Shown here piece after piece: positions 1-8,956 of a stretch of 64,000 nt of DNA. Each line of letters opens with the position of its first letter. Positions within the stretch are counted from its first letter, which is position 1. Below the pieces are notes generated by a model, which worked only from the letters and a program-made list of their open reading frames with translations, made no database searches and was not told the DNA's origin. Source of the DNA: Gammaproteobacteria bacterium (GTDB lineage: Bacteria > Pseudomonadota > Gammaproteobacteria > CBDBBL01); the NCBI GenBank assembly GCA_965203125.1, contig CBDBBL010000018.1, positions 11,949-75,948 of the forward strand, in the 5' to 3' direction. Made by a program: the position numbers and the translations under genes.

Positions 1-961
1 ATCGGTACTGAAACGCTTTAATAACCTCCATATCAGAACAATGATAAGGAGTATTTGGGAAAGGATTAAATGGAATCAAATTAATTTTACATTTAATACC
101 TTCTAGCAATTTAATCATCCCAAGCGAGTGTTTCGGCTGATCATTCACCCCTGCCAACATCACGTACTCAAAAGTAATTTGGCGTCGGGGTTCTTTTTCA
201 AAGTAATGACGACAGGTTTCCATCAATTTTTCTAACGGATATTTTTTATTAATCGGCACAAGCTCATTACGCAGTTCATCAAATGGCGCATGTAAAGAAA
301 CTGCTAACGCACAAACACTATCAACCTTTAACTGCTCCATCTGCTTGACTAAACCCGACGTACTCAAAGTGACCCGATATTTAGACAAACCATAAGCAAA
401 ATCGTCCATCATCAAGTTCATTGCACTCACTACTGCATCGTAGTTAAGTAACGGCTCCCCCATGCCCATCATAACGACATTGGTAACCACACGATGTCGA
501 TCAGGGAATTTCTTTGCCAACCGCTGTACTGCCACCCAGACTTGCCCAATAATTTCTGCTAGGGTTAAGTTACGGTTAAATCCTTGTTTTGCAGTCGAGC
601 AGAAACTACAAGTTAAGCCACAACCAATTTGAGATGAAACACACAGCGTTCCTCGGTTTCCCTCTGGAATAAAAACAGTTTCGACACAGTTATTATCATC
701 CAACTGCACGAGCCATTTACACGTACCATCTTTTGAATACTGAGCATCACTCACTTTCGGCTCAATAATTTCTGCTACTGTTTTGAGTTTCTCTCGCAAT
801 GCTTTGCTCAAATTCAACATTTGATCAAAATCAGTAATGCCCTCTTGATGAATCCACTTGGAAACCTGGTTAGCACGAAAACTTTTTTCATTGATAGACG
901 CAAAAAACCGCGCTAATTGTGCGCGGTCATAGTTCATTAAGTTAACTTTATCAGTTGCCAT
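1..961 (-). CDS. rlmN: 23S rRNA m2A2503 methyltransferase RlmN (radical SAM); 3' part cut by the window edge
   Basis: Minus-strand translation from the ATG at 961-959 reads [20 protein letters not shown]...[19 protein letters not shown] with the radical-SAM Cys triad, collinear with RlmN. The start overlaps the ndk stop (TAATG). Confidence 0.85.
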   Translation of the reverse strand, partial: MATDKVNLMNYDRAQLARFFASINEKSFRANQVSKWIHQEGITDFDQMLNLSKALREKLKTVAEIIEPKVSDAQYSKDGTCKWLVQLDDNNCVETVFIPEGNRGTLCVSSQIGCGLTCSFCSTAKQGFNRNLTLAEIIGQVWVAVQRLAKKFPDRHRVVTNVVMMGMGEPLLNYDAVVSAMNLMMDDFAYGLSKYRVTLSTSGLVKQMEQLKVDSVCALAVSLHAPFDELRNELVPINKKYPLEKLMETCRHYFEKEPRRQITFEYVMLAGVNDQPKHSLGMIKLLEGIKCKINLIPFNPFPNTPYHCSDMEVIKAFQYR

Positions 962-1371
962 TAAAGCTCTGGAAAGAAAAATGAGATTTCTTCTTTTGCC
1001 GTGTCTACTGCATCAGAGCCATGTACTGCGTTGGCGTCAATCGAATCTGAAAAATCTGCACGAATTGTGCCTACTGCCGCTTCTGCCGGATTAGTAGCGC
1101 CCATCAAGTCTCTATTCTTCATGATTGCATCTTCACCACATAGTGCTTGAACAACAACAGGACCACTGATCATAAAGTTAACCAAATCATTAAAAAATGG
1201 TCGTTCTTTGTGCACCGCATAAAAATCCTCTGCTTGCGCACGAGTTAAATGCATCATCCTCATCGCAACCACTTGTAGCCCACTTTTCTCAAACCGTGAT
1301 ACAATTTCACCAATCACATTTTTTTTCACGGCATCGGGCTTAATAATTGATAATGTTGTTTCTATTGTCAT
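961..1371 (-). CDS. ndk: nucleoside diphosphate kinase
   Basis: 136 aa; NDK motifs IIKPDAV and NAVHGSD; sits between rlmN and the isc genes as in many gammaproteobacteria. Confidence 0.95.
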   Translation of the reverse strand: MTIETTLSIIKPDAVKKNVIGEIVSRFEKSGLQVVAMRMMHLTRAQAEDFYAVHKERPFFNDLVNFMISGPVVVQALCGEDAIMKNRDLMGATNPAEAAVGTIRADFSDSIDANAVHGSDAVDTAKEEISFFFPEL

Positions 1372-1383
1372 GACTATACTCCT

Positions 1384-1605
1384 TTATTCTTCCATACTCT
1401 CTACAAAACGACCCACATCATCACCATCGTCGTCTTCAAAATCATCATCGAACAACCCCATATCATCAGGGTCAACATCCGTTAAAACAACAAAAAATGA
1501 ACCATCATTTCCTGGCGTCACAGTTGTCACATACCATTCATCTTCTAATGCTAGGTTCAGCTCTTCAAGCCCCTTATTATCTTTAACAATCATTGCTTGA
1601 TGCAT
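1384..1605 (-). CDS. small very acidic hypothetical protein (~74 aa from the ATG at 1605; the ORF track extends to a TTG at 1650 inside a MITE)
   Basis: ORF with a Asp/Glu-rich tail (DPDDMGLFDDDFEDDDGDD), wedged between ndk and the IscU-like gene. No family recognised, and it is not IscX-like by sequence. Confidence 0.45.
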   Translation of the reverse strand: MHQAMIVKDNKGLEELNLALEDEWYVTTVTPGNDGSFFVVLTDVDPDDMGLFDDDFEDDDGDDVGRFVESMEE

Positions 1606-1641
1606 TTTTAGATCCTTGATTACTTTGTGTGATTTAATAAG

Positions 1642-1804
1642 TATACCCAAACTACTTGAAGAAGCCGAGACTTTAACATAATAAATTTGAGTAGAATAAA
1701 ATTTAAAAGATTGGGCAATAGCACCGCTATTGGAGAAGCTTTTAGATTTTATTCTGCCGAATTTATGCAGTTAAAGTCCAGTTTCTTCAAGTAGTTTGGG
1801 TATA
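1642..1804. mobile_element. MITE copy B1 (subfamily B: tatacccaaa..cttgaaga.gccg..ttaac...gcaatagcaccgctattg...cggcgtcttcaagt.gtttgggtata)
   Basis: ~163-bp palindromic element with long terminal inverted repeats. The same element recurs at 49225, 49813, 52026, 54898 and 58189, with a fragment at 8207. Confidence 0.85.
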
Positions 1805-2181
1805 TACATCTTCTGTAACGCACTCTCTACTAATAATGCAACATGTCGCTTTGTTCTAGGCAATGTTAATTGCTCTATCATATAAGACACTGTCAATTGC
1901 TCGGCAGCCTTTAAGTCCACACCCTTTAACATTCGACACACCCACTCTCCCAACGCAATTAATACAACACCGCCATATGCTTTATAACAAATATCAACTA
2001 TTTTATGGTCACTAACCAATAATTGAAATTGAACTCGGTCACTACCTAAGCAACCAGCACGTAGTGTCTTCAAATGATATGGGCGTACATCCTCCGACTG
2101 CTCCCACTCACCCACATGACGTGGCGAATAAAAATAAGACAACAAACGATCACTATACATCATCACCCCAACCACATTCAT
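1771..2181 (-). CDS. IscU/NifU-N-like Fe-S scaffold homolog, degenerate (true start probably at M7/M8 near 2160-2163)
   Basis: Aligns collinearly with E. coli IscU (YSDRLLSYFYSPRHVGE vs YSEKVIDHYENPRNVGS). Only the first conserved Cys (AGCLGSD) is kept; IscU Cys63 and Cys106 are replaced (KAYGGVV, KRHVALLV). The last ~10 aa (IPKLLEETGL) are encoded by MITE B1. Confidence 0.7.
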   Translation of the reverse strand: MNVVGVMMYSDRLLSYFYSPRHVGEWEQSEDVRPYHLKTLRAGCLGSDRVQFQLLVSDHKIVDICYKAYGGVVLIALGEWVCRMLKGVDLKAAEQLTVSYMIEQLTLPRTKRHVALLVESALQKMYIPKLLEETGL

Positions 2182-3331
2182 CTGGCACTAAATCACGTAA
2201 CTGCTTAACTGTTTTTATCACATGAGCACTTGCCGCCTTAATATCGTCTAACGTGGTAAATCTTCCCAACGAAAAACGAATAGAGCGATCTGCCTCTAGA
2301 TCAGAACACCCTAACGCACGCAACACATAAGATGGCTCAACGGTTGCTGCATTGCAAGCTGACCCTGATGAAACTGCTATTTTTTCAGTCAGCCCATAGA
2401 GCAAGGCCTCACCATCAACACCATCAAATGATAAATTCAAATTACCAGCAATACGATCATCCATCGATCCATTCAAAGTCACACCATCCAGCTCGCTCGT
2501 GATCAAGCTATGAAACTGCTGCCGCAACTGCAATATATCTAACTGCTCTTTTTGCATACACTGGCTCGCAAGCTGTGCTGCCTCACCCAAACCAACAATC
2601 TGGTGAGTCGCCAACGTACCCGAACGCAACCCTAACTGATGCCCACCTCCATAAATTAGCGGCTTCAATCGTGCCTTTGGTTTTTGCCTCACAAACAAAC
2701 CACCCGCACCTTTAGGACCATAGAACTTGTGTGCACTGAACGATAAATAATCAATCGGGATGTCCTTTAAATTAACAGCTATTTTGCCCACGCTCTGGGC
2801 TCCATCAACATGCAGTAATATCCCGTGAGATTTAACAATATCTGCGATTGAACTCATATCTTGAATAACACCTGTTTCATTATTTACATGCATGACAGAA
2901 ACCAATATGGTATCAACACGAATTGCTTTCTCTAACAGTTTTAAGTTTAAACAACCATCTCGATTCGGCTTGAGATAACTCACTTCAAACCCTTTTTTCT
3001 CTAGTACAGACATCACATCTAACACGGCTTTATGCTCGGTAGCCATGGTAATCACGTGATGTCCTCTACGCTGGTAAAATTCAGCAGCACCGAGCAATGC
3101 TAAGTTATTCGATTCTGTTGCTCCTGAGGTCCAAATAATTTCATCAGACACACAAGATAATAGCTGCGCAACTTGCCCTGCTGCTTTCTTCACTGCTGAC
3201 TTTGCCTGATAACCTAAACCATGATTAGACGCTGGGTTTGCGAATCCTTTCGTCTGCTGCATCCATGGCAGCATTTTTTCCAACACTCGCTGATCTAATG
3301 GTGTCGTTGCCATATAATCTAAGTAAATCAC
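2153..3331 (-). CDS. iscS: cysteine desulfurase IscS (PLP-dependent)
   Basis: 392 aa; class V aminotransferase fold with PLP-lysine context SFSAHKFYGPKG and C-terminal SSGSACN active-site Cys loop. Confidence 0.95.
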   Translation of the reverse strand: MIYLDYMATTPLDQRVLEKMLPWMQQTKGFANPASNHGLGYQAKSAVKKAAGQVAQLLSCVSDEIIWTSGATESNNLALLGAAEFYQRRGHHVITMATEHKAVLDVMSVLEKKGFEVSYLKPNRDGCLNLKLLEKAIRVDTILVSVMHVNNETGVIQDMSSIADIVKSHGILLHVDGAQSVGKIAVNLKDIPIDYLSFSAHKFYGPKGAGGLFVRQKPKARLKPLIYGGGHQLGLRSGTLATHQIVGLGEAAQLASQCMQKEQLDILQLRQQFHSLITSELDGVTLNGSMDDRIAGNLNLSFDGVDGEALLYGLTEKIAVSSGSACNAATVEPSYVLRALGCSDLEADRSIRFSLGRFTTLDDIKAASAHVIKTVKQLRDLVPDECGWGDDV

Positions 3332-4080
3332 AGGCGAACCTTATCAATAATATGTCGGCACAATCCACGCAAAATGTTGATTTCTTTTTTATCTAAACGT
3401 GTCCTAGCAAACAACCGACGTAAACGCCGCATTAAAAACTTCGGATTACCCTGATCTAAAAAACCCACAACTTGCAGCATTGACTCCAAATGTTGAAAAA
3501 AACCTTCTAACTGTGATTGATTTCCTAATTCGCTTAGCGTGTCAGGCTTAACATTATCCACCACAACTGATTGAGCGTGTTCACACTTAAGCAAGCGGTC
3601 TTGACGACGTAATTCATAAGCAATTAACAATACTGCCTGCGCTAAATTTAAAGAGTTATAATCTTCATTAGCAGGGATCGATAAATGTAGCTGGCACAAA
3701 TCAAGTGCAGCATTCGTTAACCCTGTACGCTCACAACCAAATAAAATAGCTACCTTGCTTATCTGCGTTTCTTGCAACAACTGCGCAGTGGCAACATCTA
3801 GCGATTGCTGTGGCAATGACACTGTTCTCATCCTAGCACTCGTTGCTGCAACCAATGTACAATCTGAAACCGCCTCTGATAACGAATCGACAACACTGGC
3901 CTGCTTTAATATGTCTTCTGCACCCGCAGATAATGCAGTCGCCTCAGGGTGTGGGAATAGCTTAGGTCGCACTAAAACAAGCTGACTCAACCCCATATTC
4001 TTCATGGCACGCGCTGTCGCTCCAATATTACCCGGATGAGAAGGACGGTCTAATACAATTTTAATTTGCTGTAATGACAT
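3328..4080 (-). CDS. trmJ: SpoU-family tRNA (Cm32/Um32) 2'-O-methyltransferase TrmJ-like (the ORF track extends to 4119 into MITE A1; the real start is probably MSLQQIKIVL at ~4080)
   Basis: SpoU/TrmH motifs (HPGNIGATARAMKNMG; AILFGCERTGL) and position immediately upstream of iscS as in E. coli trmJ. The first 13 codons of the long ORF lie inside the MITE. Confidence 0.8.
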   Translation of the reverse strand: MSLQQIKIVLDRPSHPGNIGATARAMKNMGLSQLVLVRPKLFPHPEATALSAGAEDILKQASVVDSLSEAVSDCTLVAATSARMRTVSLPQQSLDVATAQLLQETQISKVAILFGCERTGLTNAALDLCQLHLSIPANEDYNSLNLAQAVLLIAYELRRQDRLLKCEHAQSVVVDNVKPDTLSELGNQSQLEGFFQHLESMLQVVGFLDQGNPKFLMRRLRRLFARTRLDKKEINILRGLCRHIIDKVRL

Positions 4081-4243
4081 ATACCCATCACCTTTAAAGA
4101 AATCGTAGTTTAACTTCATGAATTTTGCAAAATTGAAATTTAAAAACTCTCACAATAGCCTGCTATTACTCGATCTTTTAAATCTAATTTTACTAAAATT
4201 CATTTTGTTAAAGCTCCGACGTCTTGAAAGGTGATAGGTATAG
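4080..4243. mobile_element. MITE copy A1 (subfamily A: tatacccatc.ccattcaaga..ccg..ttttaac...ttttgcaaaattgaaatttaaaaactttcgcaatagcctgctattactc...aaatctaattttactaaaattcattttgttaaaactccggcgtcttgaa.g.gatgggtata)
   Basis: 164-bp palindromic element. Near-identical copies lie at 40891, 42075, 48423, 54557 and 61956. Confidence 0.85.
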
Positions 4244-4296
4244 GCTCAAGAAAAAACTATCGATAAAAGAAACCAGCACCATCCTAACAAGAAGGA

Positions 4297-4372
4297 TGGC
4301 GTCCCCAAGGGGGTTCGAACCCCTGTTCCCGCCGTGAAAGGGCGGTGTCCTAGGCCACTAGACGATGGGGAC
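4297..4372 (-). tRNA. tRNA-Glu (anticodon UUC)
   Basis: Reverse complement reads GTCCCCATCGTCTAGTGGCCTAGGACACCGCCCTTTCACGGCGGGAACAGGGGTTCGAACCCCCTTGGGGACGCCA: a cloverleaf with anticodon loop CTTTCAC, closely matching the E. coli tRNA-Glu sequence as recalled. Confidence 0.9.
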
Positions 4373-4414
4373 CTAAGTTCTTTGCGACTTCCTATTGACT
4401 TGACAAAAATCATT

Positions 4415-4490
4415 TGGTGGAGCTAGGCGGTCTCGAACCGCCGACCTTCTGGCTGCCAGCCAGACGCTCTCCCAACTGAGCTATAGCCCC
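4415..4490 (-). tRNA. tRNA-Ala (anticodon GGC)
   Basis: Reverse complement reads GGGGCTATAGCTCAGTTGGGAGAGCG...CTGGCAG...GGTTCGAGACCGCCTAGCTCCACCA: a G3:U70-type Ala acceptor stem with anticodon GGC. Confidence 0.9.
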
Positions 4491-4508
4491 TTAGAAGCGT
4501 TGTGAATT

Positions 4509-5909
4509 CTATGGCGAGACCTGCTTACTGTCAAGCACATTTTTTTGAAATCTCACCAATCGTTGCGTCACAAGCGTTTTAGGCAAAGCTGCAATGAGTT
4601 GATCAATACTTGGCGCATTAGCAGAACCTGTCAAAGCGATTCGCAAAGGCTGTGCCACTTGTGGAAATTTTACAGCAAATTGCTTCAGCATTTGTTTTAC
4701 CATTTGTTTAATATGATCAGCTTCCCATACTTGCAACGAATCTAGCTGTAATAACAAGCAGGCGTATAGCTCATTGGTCTTCTCATCTATAAACTTTGCA
4801 CAAGCTTCTTCGTCATACTTAATTTCATCTTGTGAAAACAAGGCACAAGCATTTTCTAACTCAAGCAAAGTTTCACAACGAGATTTATATAAATCAATAA
4901 TGGCTAACTGATTATCTTTGAGCAAAACACTGCTGGGCATCATATCCAACAAACGATCTGCCGTACATTGTTGAATATGTTGTTGATTAACCCAATGTAA
5001 CTTACTGCTATTAAAGGCCGCTGCTGATTTACTCACATGCGCCAAATCAAATAATTGTACAATCTCTTGCTTCACAAAGATTTCTTGATCTTGATGAGAC
5101 CAACCTAAACGCACCAGATAATTTAACATCGCCTCAGGTAAGAAACCTTCATCTCGATAAGCTGTCACACTTAATGCACCATGACGCTTAGACAATTTAG
5201 TACCATCATCTCCTAAAATCATCGGCAAGTGGGCATATTTTGGTGGTGAAACTTTGAGTGCACCCATGATATTAAGCTGTTTTGGCGTATTATTAACATG
5301 ATCATTACCACGAATCACATGGGTAATGCTCATATCAACATCATCCACAACCACGGTAAAATTATAGGTCGGTGCACCATCACTACGCTGGATAATAAAA
5401 TCATCCAGCTGTGCATTATCAAACACGATACTACCCAACACTAAATCATCAAAAGACACTTGCCCTTCTTGCGGATTTTTAAAACGCACAACATAAGACT
5501 CACCTTGTACATTACACTGCAGATTCAAATGACGACACTTACCATCATAACGAGGATTTTCACCGACACTCATTTGCTGTTCGCGCAATTGATCCAAACG
5601 TGCTTTTGAACAACTACAATAATAAGCCTGCCCTTCATCAAGTAGTTGTTGAATCACTTGGTGATAACGCTCAAAACGCTTGGTTTGATAAATAGGCCCC
5701 TCATCATAATCCAAACCTAACCACTCCATGCCTTCCAAAATAGCATCAATTGCAGGCTGAGTTGAGCGTTCAATATCGGTGTCCTCAATGCGCAAGACAA
5801 ACTGCCCATGATGATGACGCGCGTACGCCCAAGCATAAAGTGCTGTACGCGCACCACCTAGATGTAAAAAACCAGTAGGGCTCGGTGCAAAACGGGTGCG
5901 AACAGTCAT
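4509..5909 (-). CDS. gltX: glutamyl-tRNA synthetase
   Basis: 466 aa; class I HIGH-like motif (PSPTGFLHLGGARTA) and KLSKR (KMSK) motif. Confidence 0.95.
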   Translation of the reverse strand: MTVRTRFAPSPTGFLHLGGARTALYAWAYARHHHGQFVLRIEDTDIERSTQPAIDAILEGMEWLGLDYDEGPIYQTKRFERYHQVIQQLLDEGQAYYCSCSKARLDQLREQQMSVGENPRYDGKCRHLNLQCNVQGESYVVRFKNPQEGQVSFDDLVLGSIVFDNAQLDDFIIQRSDGAPTYNFTVVVDDVDMSITHVIRGNDHVNNTPKQLNIMGALKVSPPKYAHLPMILGDDGTKLSKRHGALSVTAYRDEGFLPEAMLNYLVRLGWSHQDQEIFVKQEIVQLFDLAHVSKSAAAFNSSKLHWVNQQHIQQCTADRLLDMMPSSVLLKDNQLAIIDLYKSRCETLLELENACALFSQDEIKYDEEACAKFIDEKTNELYACLLLQLDSLQVWEADHIKQMVKQMLKQFAVKFPQVAQPLRIALTGSANAPSIDQLIAALPKTLVTQRLVRFQKNVLDSKQVSP

Positions 5910-6006
5910 CAGCTTAATCTCTTATGAACAATACGATTTAGCTTAGCAAAAAAATCGCTTCCCATCAGCCAAATTTTTCGATAACCTTCGAACCTCACTT
6001 ACCCGC

Positions 6007-6094
6007 GGAGAGGTGGCTGAGTGGTCGAAAGCGGCGGTCTTGAAAACCGTTGAAGGGAAACCTTCCCAGGGTTCGAATCCCTGCCTCTCCGCCA
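6007..6094 (+). tRNA. tRNA-Ser (anticodon UGA)
   Basis: GGAGAGGTGGCTGAGTGG...CGGTCTTGAAAACCG...long variable arm...GGTTCGAATCCCTGCCTCTCCGCCA: an 88-nt type II tRNA. Confidence 0.9.
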
Positions 6095-6450
6095 CTTCAA
6101 ATCTATTCGAAGCCAAAATCCCACACAACCTACATACTCACCAGCAATCTCTTGCAGGGAAGCGAACCCGATACAGGGTTCGATAAAAATATCACGATGA
6201 TATTTTTAGATGACGTGCAGCGTCACCCGCAGGGCAAGCGCATGGATGCGCGCAGTCAATCCCTGCCTCTCCGCCACTTCAAATCTATTCGAAGCCAAAA
6301 TCCCACACAATCTACATACTCACCAGCAATCTCTTGCAGGGAAGCGAACCCGATACAGGGTTCGATAAAAATATCACGATGATATTTTTAGATGACGCGC
6401 AGCGTCACCCGCAGGGCAAGCGCATGGATGCGCGCAGTCAATCCCTGCCT
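6076..6450 (+). repeat. 182-bp direct tandem repeat (2 full units plus an 11-bp partial); each unit begins with the last 19 nt of tRNA-Ser
   Basis: Unit 1 is 6076-6257 and unit 2 is 6258-6439, with about 2 mismatches; a partial aatccctgcct lies at 6440-6450. Each unit holds a degenerate copy of the tRNA variable and T arms (agggaagcgaacccgatacagggttcga) and two palindromes (gacgtgcagcgtc, gcgcatggatgcgcgc). Confidence 0.85.
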
Positions 6451-7130
6451 AGTTTATAATTAACGACTGTCTCACCCATATTTCGAGCAATCATCATCCT
6501 CAAAAACAAAAAGCTACCTACTGCAAACCCAACACTCCCTAAGACCCAATACATCGCCATAATCCATGCAGGATTAATCTTCATTTGAGCCACAACACCT
6601 CCTGCAATATAAAATAACGAACCCAAGATAAAGCAAATCAATGCAATAACACTGATCGCCTCACTCTTCAACCAACTCTCTTTTTCTTCAACATTCGCCA
6701 GTATTGTTTTCAAACATAAAAAACTCGACGCCAAGTAGGCACATGATCCAAAACGAAACACCCATGTGCCATAATCTGCAACCGACATACCAAGAACCAA
6801 TCGATTGACAATTAACGGTAAATACAAACAAGACGCAAGTAAAAACAACGAAGCTCCCAGCAATTGAAAATGCTTTGCATAACACAATTGCTGTTGACTA
6901 TGATTTCTATCATTGACAGTCGATATATACAATGGATAAACCTCTAGGAAAGCAGCAAGCACCAAGCATGAGCAAGCAATAATCAAGCCAACAACTGCTC
7001 CCAAATAAAAAACTTTAGAGCACCCCAACAACCAGCAAGCAGGTACTAATAAAACACAACCTAAAAAACACAACGCACCACTCACTATTTCTCGATTTCT
7101 CATCATCACAAAACTCCTCTCAATTAACAT
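6438..7130 (-). CDS. polytopic inner-membrane protein, hypothetical
   Basis: 230 aa with about 6 hydrophobic segments; overlaps the next gene by 7 nt. The last 3 codons lie in the tRNA-derived repeat. Confidence 0.45.
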   Translation of the reverse strand: MLIERSFVMMRNREIVSGALCFLGCVLLVPACWLLGCSKVFYLGAVVGLIIACSCLVLAAFLEVYPLYISTVNDRNHSQQQLCYAKHFQLLGASLFLLASCLYLPLIVNRLVLGMSVADYGTWVFRFGSCAYLASSFLCLKTILANVEEKESWLKSEAISVIALICFILGSLFYIAGGVVAQMKINPAWIMAMYWVLGSVGFAVGSFLFLRMMIARNMGETVVNYKLGRD

Positions 7131-8137
7131 GGCTGTAACGGGACAATAATCGAAGGGTTCGCCAGCCCTAAAATAAACCCTAAACTAGCACGACTCCAAA
7201 ACACACTAGTTTCATGTGGTATTGATTTTGGATATCCACTCACATTGGTTATCAATACGTTGTTAGCCGTTTCGACTGTCTCATCATGACGACTGCCTTC
7301 AACATTACCTCCTTCTGAAATCGCCATATCTACAACCACTGCATGTGACTTCATGACGTCTAAAGAAGATTTAGGAATTAATAATGGTGCGCGTTGTCCT
7401 GCTCGACGAGCCGAGGCAATAACAATATCTGCTTCCATGATCAACTGATTGATTGCTTTTTGTTGCATGATTAACGTTAAAGATCGATCAATTTTACAAA
7501 TATTAACACCCAACTTTTTCAGTGAATTCGCTTGAGTTTCAGTACTAACCACTGCCCAAACAGGCAGCTTCAAATGAAGTGCTTCCTCAAGTGCCGATTG
7601 ACCAACAACACCCAATCCAATGATCACCACTTTATTAATTTGCTGTGAATGTTTAGCACACGCATCTTGCAATGCCAATTGCCCTGCGAAACGACTCATA
7701 GCAGCTAATACATTCATCGGATCATGAACAGGCAGGCGTGCCTGATCAATGCTATATGCTAAAATGCCTGCAGCATGATATTCATCAATGTGTGTCGAAT
7801 TAACCTCAAAAGGATCCAATGCCCCAATCATCAGAGTACCTGCTTTCATCGCTTGAGCTTCTAATTGTTCACGAATTCGATCAGCTCTTTTGACCCGAAC
7901 AATCATATCAACCTGAGAAAACAATGAAATATAACTTGCTAAACACTGATCATCCAGATCAACAATTTTCGCCCCTATCTGTTGATACAGCTCATTTGGA
8001 TAACCCGCAGCTAATCCTGCATCACTTTCAACTAGAATCGCGTACCCTTCTTCAATCAATCTTTGAGCATCACAAGGCACCAACGCAACTCGACATTCTC
8101 CCGCTCTAGACTCCTTTACCAACAAAATAGTATTCAC
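7124..8137 (-). CDS. alanine dehydrogenase/PNT-family NAD(P)-binding dehydrogenase (saccharopine/alanine DH-like)
   Basis: N-terminal LLVKESRAGECRVALVPCD signature of the AlaDH/PNT family plus Rossmann segment VIIGLGVVGQSA. Confidence 0.55.
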   Translation of the reverse strand: MNTILLVKESRAGECRVALVPCDAQRLIEEGYAILVESDAGLAAGYPNELYQQIGAKIVDLDDQCLASYISLFSQVDMIVRVKRADRIREQLEAQAMKAGTLMIGALDPFEVNSTHIDEYHAAGILAYSIDQARLPVHDPMNVLAAMSRFAGQLALQDACAKHSQQINKVVIIGLGVVGQSALEEALHLKLPVWAVVSTETQANSLKKLGVNICKIDRSLTLIMQQKAINQLIMEADIVIASARRAGQRAPLLIPKSSLDVMKSHAVVVDMAISEGGNVEGSRHDETVETANNVLITNVSGYPKSIPHETSVFWSRASLGFILGLANPSIIVPLQPC

Positions 8138-8203
8138 AAAACAGCTCTCTTTAAAAAAGCATTACGATAGCAATTTGTGTTTATTTTGAAATACAGGATT
8201 TTT

Positions 8204-8956
8204 TCAACCTATACCCAAATCAATTGAAGATGCCGAGGTTTTAACATCAAGCATTTGCTTCACAAAAGGTAGTGTAATAGCTCGCTTCATTTGTAGCGAG
8301 CACTCACTCAAATACGCCAACAAATCAAACAACGCTCCCAAATCACGATCATAACGTTGCAAGATATATGTTATAACAGGAAGCTTAATCACTAACGAAT
8401 GTCGCCTAGCCCACTCAATCAATATCGCTTGTTTGTCACGATCACTACAATTAGGCATTTTCAGAATAATCGCAGAAGATAACCTTGAGTTCAAATCTGC
8501 AAGCTCAAATGTGGTATTTTTAGGTGATGATTTCGATGCAATCAATAATTGCTTATTATCATCTAAACGCTGGTTATAACAGTCAAATAACGCTTCCTCC
8601 CATTCGCGTGATGACGGTAGCGCATCCAAATCATCCAAACACAAGACATCAAAGTCATTTAAGTTTTCAAATACATCTGGCGCTAAATTTTTCGTCTTAA
8701 ATGATAGATAAAAGCAAGTACGTGAATAATCACCTTGCAGCACGTGACTCACCGCTTGTAATAAATGCGTTTTCCCCGTAGAAAGAGCTCCAAATAAATA
8801 TAAGAAACGATGCTGATCTTTCAAGAACTGCTTGAGCATTTCAACAATTAGCTCAAGCTCCGACTGCCCTCCATTCAATCTGCATTGATTGGTATAGAAA
8901 TTCTCAAATGCTGCTGACTCTCTATGACTAAGGTTAAGCGTTAACTGTTGTGCCAT
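8204..8956 (-). CDS. hda: DnaA-related AAA+ protein Hda (regulatory inactivation of DnaA)
   Basis: 250 aa; Walker A LFGALSTGKTHLLQAV with DnaA-like box layout. The C-terminal ~10 aa (SASSIDLGIG) are encoded by a subfamily-B MITE fragment. Confidence 0.7.
   Translation of the reverse strand: MAQQLTLNLSHRESAAFENFYTNQCRLNGGQSELELIVEMLKQFLKDQHRFLYLFGALSTGKTHLLQAVSHVLQGDYSRTCFYLSFKTKNLAPDVFENLNDFDVLCLDDLDALPSSREWEEALFDCYNQRLDDNKQLLIASKSSPKNTTFELADLNSRLSSAIILKMPNCSDRDKQAILIEWARRHSLVIKLPVITYILQRYDRDLGALFDLLAYLSECSLQMKRAITLPFVKQMLDVKTSASSIDLGIG
8207..8252. mobile_element. solitary terminus of a subfamily-B MITE (ctatacccaaatcaattgaagatgccgaggttttaac)
   Basis: Matches the B-family terminal inverted repeat. 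It forms the 3' end of the hda ORF. Confidence 0.6.

Noticed and set aside
3755-3985. Antisense and overlapping ORFs such as 3755-3985, 4545-4745, 7924-8109, 11690-11875, 19369-19566, 21856-22514, 22735-22995, 36859-37146, 56037-56507
   Set aside because: They are embedded antisense within well-supported long genes (trmJ, gltX, the AlaDH-like gene, sdaA, secD, tgt, trxB, vgrG, pepN) and have no distinctive features. Typical spurious six-frame ORFs.
6050-6382. 110-aa plus-strand ORF across the tRNA-Ser 3' end and the tandem repeat
   Set aside because: It lies entirely within the tRNA and the repeated 182-bp units, and the repetitive peptide is produced by the repeat itself. Not a gene.
6076-6450. 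Possibility that the tandem repeat is a CRISPR array
   Set aside because: There are only two long (182-bp) near-identical units with no unique spacers between them, and no cas genes nearby. The units start with the tRNA 3' end instead.
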